A stretch of 64,000 nt of DNA from a bacterium (GTDB lineage Bacteria > Bacillota > Clostridia > Oscillospirales > Acutalibacteraceae), in the NCBI GenBank assembly GCA_963605415.1, contig CAVCUL010000002.1, positions 169,231-233,230 on the forward strand, read 5' to 3'. The translations under genes were made by a program, and so were the position numbers. The notes under the pieces were generated by a model that was not told where the DNA came from, made no database searches, and saw only the letters and a list, made by a program, of their open reading frames with translations. Each line of letters starts with the position of its first letter. The first letter of the stretch is position 1. Of the stretch, positions 59,609 through 64,000 are shown in pieces.

Positions 59609-61006
59609 TTATGCGTTCTTTGATTGTTCCTCTTCGTGGCCGTAGCAAAGCCAGTGCCCTTTCCAGGTATACAGCGCCATCAACAATAGGCCGATAATCC
59701 AGGAAATGGGATAAAGGATAAACACGCCGTCGATATTGTCATAATGCGGTACCGCCAACTGTATCCAGATGATGCGGAAAATGCACATGGAAAACAGCAG
59801 AATGAGCATGGGCGGTATGCTCTTGCCGGTGCCGCGCACGGTGCCGGCCAGCACATTGAGCGCCCCCAGCAGCACATAATAGGGACAAAAGTATTTCATG
59901 GCCAGCACGCCGTAATGAATGGCGACGCTGTCCGAGGTGAACAGCCGCATTACCGGGTGGGAGAATGCCAGCAGCAGCGCGCCGGTCAGAATGGTATAAA
60001 CGGTGCTCATCAGCAGGGCGGTCCACATGCCGCTTTTGACCCGCTTCAGGTTACCGGCACCGTAGTTTTGGCCCACAAAGGTGGTGACGGCCATACTGAT
60101 ACTCAGTACCGGCAAAATGTTAAAGCCGTCCACCTTTAAGTAGGCGGTGAACCCGGCCATGGCCATAGCGCCGTAGTGGTTGACGCTGGTCTGCACCAGC
60201 ACATTGGAGAAGCTGATGACCATATTCTGTATGCCGGTGGGCAGCCCCACCCGGACAATACGCCTTGCCATGTCGCCATCCAGGCACAGGTCCTTTACTC
60301 GAATTCTGTAATCGGACTTTACCCGCAGTAGGTATCCCACCGCCAGCAGGCAGGAGATCAGCTGGCTCACATCGGTGGCAACGGCCGCACCGGCTACGCC
60401 CATTTTGCACCCTTCAATCAGCACCAGGTCCAGCACTATGTTGGTGACGGAGGCGGCGCCCAGGTACAGCAGCGGGCGGCGGGAATTGCCGGCAGCGTTG
60501 AGAATACCGGTGGCCATATTGTACACCACATTAAAGAGAAAACCGCCGGCGTAAATGCGCAGGTACAGCACCGAGTCGTCCAGCACAGAGGCGGGGGTGT
60601 CCATAGCTACCAGCAGCACCCGGCTCAGGGCAATGCCCGCCCCGGTGAGCACCACGCCCAGCAGCAGGGCAATGGTGGCTGCCGTATGGACCGCCCGGTG
60701 CACCCGCTTGGTGTCCCCGGCGCCTAAAAACTGGGAGATTACCACACCGGCGCCTACGGACGCCCCCTGGGCAAAGGCGATCAGCAGGTTGATGAGCGCA
60801 TTGCTGGAGCCAACGGCGGCCAGGGCGTTGCTGCCCACATAGTTGCCGACGATGATAGAGTCCACGGCGTTGTACATCTGTTGCAGCAGATTGCCCAGGA
60901 TCAGCGGCACGGCAAACACCAGCAGCTGCTTCCAAATCTTGCCCTCGGTCATCAGCATGGTGGCGCTGTTTTGTTTTTGATGGGATTTTGCTTTTGTATC
61001 TTTCAT
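59609..61006 (-). CDS. MATE-family multidrug/compound efflux transporter
   Basis: 465-aa ORF with 12 hydrophobic segments. ...IWKQLLVFAVPLILGNLLQQMYNAVDSIIVGNYVG... is a typical MATE N-terminus. Confidence 0.9.
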   Translation of the reverse strand: MKDTKAKSHQKQNSATMLMTEGKIWKQLLVFAVPLILGNLLQQMYNAVDSIIVGNYVGSNALAAVGSSNALINLLIAFAQGASVGAGVVISQFLGAGDTKRVHRAVHTAATIALLLGVVLTGAGIALSRVLLVAMDTPASVLDDSVLYLRIYAGGFLFNVVYNMATGILNAAGNSRRPLLYLGAASVTNIVLDLVLIEGCKMGVAGAAVATDVSQLISCLLAVGYLLRVKSDYRIRVKDLCLDGDMARRIVRVGLPTGIQNMVISFSNVLVQTSVNHYGAMAMAGFTAYLKVDGFNILPVLSISMAVTTFVGQNYGAGNLKRVKSGMWTALLMSTVYTILTGALLLAFSHPVMRLFTSDSVAIHYGVLAMKYFCPYYVLLGALNVLAGTVRGTGKSIPPMLILLFSMCIFRIIWIQLAVPHYDNIDGVFILYPISWIIGLLLMALYTWKGHWLCYGHEEEQSKNA

Positions 61007-61030
61007 AGTTGCCTCACTTCATTCGGCACT

Positions 61031-61059
61031 ATTATACACCCGCGTTTTTCATAGGTAAA
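61031..61059 (-). promoter_or_regulatory. candidate promoter of the MATE gene
   Basis: On the minus strand: TTTACC (61059-61054), 17 nt, TATAAT (61036-61031). Confidence 0.5.
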
Positions 61060-61071
61060 CCCCGGTGGCTG

Positions 61072-61110
61072 GGAATAAAAACAGAGAGAGTGAAAAATTC
61101 ACCCTCTCTT
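61072..61110 (-). terminator. intrinsic terminator after the GH3 gene
   Basis: AGAGAGGGTGA / TCACTCTCTCT stem (one mismatch), followed on the minus strand by GTTTTTATT. Confidence 0.7.
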
Positions 61111-61117
61111 TTCTCTA

Positions 61118-63490
61118 TTATTTGTGCAGTTTTTCAGCCCTTCTGCTGCCTTTGTTGGCGCTTTTGACCAGCGCCTTGGCCAGGGGATAGGGCACCAGCC
61201 CGCCGCTTTGGCACACCACGCTGTCCAGGGTGCCGTCCTGTATGCCCTCCAGCAGCATCATTACCTCCGGGTCGTCGTGGGGCTTGCCGGGGAACAGCAG
61301 GTATGCCAGCCGCCGCACCAGTGCCAGCACCCGCCGGGCTGCGCCGGAATGCTCCGCCAACTGGGCAAGAGAACTGGCGGTGGTGTACCCGCCCGGCGGG
61401 GTGACTGCGTCTTCCGGGAAGTCCGCGCCGTACAGGGTGCAAAAGGTCTTGTGGTCCACGGTGCGCAGCTTGGCGGACAGATCAAAATAAGGCGCCAGCG
61501 CCGCGCGTTGGTCCGGCAGGCGGTAGTCGCTCTCCACTGTGACCGGCAGGGTCAGGCGAATGGCATCACCGGCCGCCGCCAGGCACAGGGTGTAGTCCCC
61601 GCCGGGCATACAAAATGCCTTTTGCGCCGGGTCGTAGGCCGAAAAACTCCGTTCGTTCAGGTGCAGGGTAACGGTTCGGCTTTCGCCGGGTCGCAGCCGC
61701 ACTTTGCAAAAGGCTCGCAGTTCTTTCTCCGGACGCAGGGCGCCACAGGGCGGGTTCTGTACATACAGCTGCACAATCTCCGCCCCGGCGCAGCTGCCGG
61801 TGTTGGTAACGGTGCAGGTAACCGCCAGATCGCCGCCCCGGTATGCGCTGCTGCTGATTTTAGGATCGCTGTACGCAAAGGTTGTGTAAGACAGTCCGTG
61901 CCCAAAGGCAAAGCGCACCGGCACCCGGAATTTGTCATAGTACCGATAGCCCACATACAGGCTCTCCCGGTAGGGCACCCGGTCGCTGCCGGTGGCGAAT
62001 TGGCCGTGGCAGGGGGTGTCCTCCACCGTGTAGGGAAAGCTCTCGGCCAGTTTGCCGCAGGGGCAGCACTGCCCGGTGAGTAGGTGAGCACAGGCCTCCG
62101 CCGCTCCCTCGCCCGCCAGGTACAGGTGGAGAATGGCACGCACCCGGGGCGCAAAGGCCATATCGTAGGGCGCACCGCTAAAGGACACAAAGACGATGTT
62201 TGGATTGACCTTGGCGATCTTCTCGACCAATTCCAGCTGGTTTTTTGGCATTTGCAGGGTCTTGCGGTCGTAGCCCTCGCCCTCAAAGTGCTCGGTCAGC
62301 CCGCCAAAGAACAGTACCGTTTGGTGCCGCTGCGCCAGGTCCAGCGCCGCCTGTTCCAGTACCGGGTCCGGCCAGGCCGTATCCGGCGTGTAGCCGGGGG
62401 CAAAGTGCACCTGCAGCCCGGCGGTTTGCAGGGCCTCTACCGCCGTTTGCAGCGGCCGGGTGTGGATATGGCTGCTGCCGCCCCCTTGTATACGCATTTC
62501 TTTTGCCAGGGCGCCGATCACCGCCACGGACTGCCCGGTTTGCAGGGGCAGAATGCCGTCGTTTTGCAGCAGCACGGCGCTTTCTTCTGCGCACCGTACC
62601 GCCAGGCTGTGATGGTGGTTGGTGGCATAGGGCGTTTGCCGATGGCGGTGTTCCACCGCGTAGGTATCTGCCAGCTTTGCCACCCGGTGGGCGGCAGTTT
62701 CAACGGTCGCCGGGTCGATCTTGCCCGCTGCCAGGTCCCGGCGCAGCAGCTTTTTGTGTATGCCCCGGCTGTCCGGCATTTCCAGGTCCATACCCGCTTG
62801 CAGTGCCCGGGTCAGGTCTGTACAGGCGCCCCAGTCGGAGATAACGGCGCCGTCAAAGCCCCATTCCCGGCGGAGAATATCAGTCAGCAGCGCCCGGCTT
62901 TCGCAGGCGTAGGTGCCGTTTAACTTGTTGTAGGCAGCCATGACGGAGGCGGGCTTAGCGGTTTTGACCACCGTTTCAAAGGCAGAGAGATAGATCTCCC
63001 GCAGGGCGCGGGGATCCACGCGGCTGTCCGCCGTTTGGCGGTGGGTCTCCTGGCTGTTGGCGGCAAAGTGCTTTAGGCAGGCAGCCACGCCGGTGCGCTG
63101 CAACGCCTGCACATAGCTGCTGCCCAGCTGCCCTGCCAGGTACGGATCCTCGCTGTAATACTCAAAATTGCGGCCGCACAGGGGCGAGCGCTTGATGTTG
63201 ATCCCCGGCCCCAGCAGCACGGACACCTGCGCATTAAACGCCTCCTTGCCGATTGCCTCACCAATGGCGGCGGTGATTTCCGGATCCCAGCTGCACGCGG
63301 TAGCCGCTGCGGTGGGAAAACAGGTGCTCACTTCGCTTTTGTTATTTTGCAGAACCCCCTCCGCCTGTTTGCGCAGCCCGTGGGGGCCGTCGGACAGGTG
63401 AATGGACGGCACCTTGCCGCCGCAGTCCCGGGTGTGCCAGGTGCCCTTGCCGGTGACCAGGTCTATGCAGTTCTCTAACGAAAGTTCCAT
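61118..63490 (-). CDS. glycoside hydrolase family 3 beta-glucosidase (BglX-like) with C-terminal Fn3-like domain
   Basis: ORF 61118..63643(-) trimmed to ATG 63490 behind GAAGGAGGAAACGCA. LSDGPHGLRK, and VISDWGA (nucleophile Asp). Confidence 0.9.
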   Translation of the reverse strand: MELSLENCIDLVTGKGTWHTRDCGGKVPSIHLSDGPHGLRKQAEGVLQNNKSEVSTCFPTAAATACSWDPEITAAIGEAIGKEAFNAQVSVLLGPGINIKRSPLCGRNFEYYSEDPYLAGQLGSSYVQALQRTGVAACLKHFAANSQETHRQTADSRVDPRALREIYLSAFETVVKTAKPASVMAAYNKLNGTYACESRALLTDILRREWGFDGAVISDWGACTDLTRALQAGMDLEMPDSRGIHKKLLRRDLAAGKIDPATVETAAHRVAKLADTYAVEHRHRQTPYATNHHHSLAVRCAEESAVLLQNDGILPLQTGQSVAVIGALAKEMRIQGGGSSHIHTRPLQTAVEALQTAGLQVHFAPGYTPDTAWPDPVLEQAALDLAQRHQTVLFFGGLTEHFEGEGYDRKTLQMPKNQLELVEKIAKVNPNIVFVSFSGAPYDMAFAPRVRAILHLYLAGEGAAEACAHLLTGQCCPCGKLAESFPYTVEDTPCHGQFATGSDRVPYRESLYVGYRYYDKFRVPVRFAFGHGLSYTTFAYSDPKISSSAYRGGDLAVTCTVTNTGSCAGAEIVQLYVQNPPCGALRPEKELRAFCKVRLRPGESRTVTLHLNERSFSAYDPAQKAFCMPGGDYTLCLAAAGDAIRLTLPVTVESDYRLPDQRAALAPYFDLSAKLRTVDHKTFCTLYGADFPEDAVTPPGGYTTASSLAQLAEHSGAARRVLALVRRLAYLLFPGKPHDDPEVMMLLEGIQDGTLDSVVCQSGGLVPYPLAKALVKSANKGSRRAEKLHK

Positions 63491-63604
63491 TGCGTTTCCT
63501 CCTTCATTCATGGGCACTATACCATATTTTTGCCGCTGAAAATATAATAAAAGCGTTGTAAATAGAAGAAAAACGCGATATAATCCAACCGGGAGGGAAT
63601 GAAA

Positions 63605-64000
63605 ATGCCTTATCAAGTGGAAGTGCTGCCGGCAACGGCGCACCCGTTATATGACACCCGGGAGAGCGGCAAGACCCACACCCCCTTTGCCCTGGAGCGG
63701 GCGCTGTGTACCGCCATTGAGCAGGGGGACGAGGCGGCTATGGACCGGGCCATTGCGGATTATATGGCCCACGGCTTTGTGGTGGGCACCATGTCCGGCG
63801 ATCGGCTGCGCCAGGTGAAATACTGGGCGGTGGCTACCGTGGCCATTGCCATTCATTATGCTATTTTGGGCGGGCTGGACGAGACGGACGCCTATCATCT
63901 CAGCGACGCGTACCTGCGTGAGGTGGACCGGCTGGACACTATGGACGCCTGTATTGACTGCCTGCGCCGTCGGGCAACGGAGCTGGTGCGGGCGGTGGCG
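63605..64000 (+). CDS. AraC-family transcriptional regulator, N-terminal part only (runs off the right edge)
   Basis: Not in the ORF track because it is truncated. ATG 63605 behind GGGAGGGAATGAAA. MPYQVEVLPATAHPLYDTRE...LERALCTAIEQGDEAAM...LRQVKYWAVATVAIAIHYAILGGLDETDAYHLSDAYLREVD is a pattern seen in Clostridial AraC-type sugar regulators. Divergent from the GH3 gene. Confidence 0.55.
   Translation, partial: MPYQVEVLPATAHPLYDTRESGKTHTPFALERALCTAIEQGDEAAMDRAIADYMAHGFVVGTMSGDRLRQVKYWAVATVAIAIHYAILGGLDETDAYHLSDAYLREVDRLDTMDACIDCLRRRATELVRAVA

Overview
64-kb chromosomal window from a high-GC Firmicute. GGAGG-type RBSs, many ATGA start/stop overlaps and the gene content suggest a strictly anaerobic Clostridia (Oscillospirales-like) gut organism; this is inference only. 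I call about 56 protein-coding loci. I recognise no rRNA, tRNA, CRISPR array, transposase, integrase or phage genes.

Content, left to right:
- Truncated hypothetical gene and a TSCPD protein.
- iolG-iolD-iolE (myo-inositol catabolism).
- Membrane-anchored esterase and an amidohydrolase.
- AT-rich ParE/Phd toxin-antitoxin islet.
- One long minus-strand block (8.3-20.1 kb): six-subunit Ech-type group-4 [NiFe] hydrogenase (echABCDEF), then hypF-hypC-hypD-murI-hypE, an EFR1-type flavodoxin/ferredoxin fusion and a Nim-like PNPOx protein.
- Secreted Fn3-polysaccharide deacetylase abutted to an FRG-domain protein.
- 413-bp intergenic cluster of GTAG-footed hairpins (REP/BIME-like).
- Fe-ADH, iolB and a CapD-like dehydratase; a serine hydrolase.
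- Low-GC gene-decay islet: ArsR with an in-frame TGA, a frameshifted and truncated MBL hydrolase, and a 5'-truncated MATE gene.
- Aldo/keto reductase.
- ilvD tightly coupled to a sortase-like protein (catalytic His replaced by Tyr), a polytopic membrane protein and a TagH-like ABC ATPase.
- Secreted glucosaminidase with Fn3 repeats; an XRE regulator with three tandem 32-aa repeats.
- tatD, metG, lipoprotein, nagB, VanZ and an orphan family-5 solute-binding protein.
- rpoB-rpoC-rpsL-rpsG-fusA-tuf.
- HMA metallochaperone and a Cd/Zn-type P-type ATPase behind a consensus promoter with a palindromic operator.
- MATE exporter, GH3 beta-glucosidase and a truncated AraC-type regulator.

I found no unambiguous new multi-gene defence or mobile system. 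The most unusual items are:
- the internally duplicated four-cluster EchF subunit;
- murI nested inside the hyp operon;
- the REP-like hairpin cluster with compensatory stem changes;
- the ilvD/pseudo-sortase/membrane/ABC-ATPase module;
- the deacetylase-FRG pair.

All family assignments come from motif recognition by eye and need HMM/BLAST confirmation.
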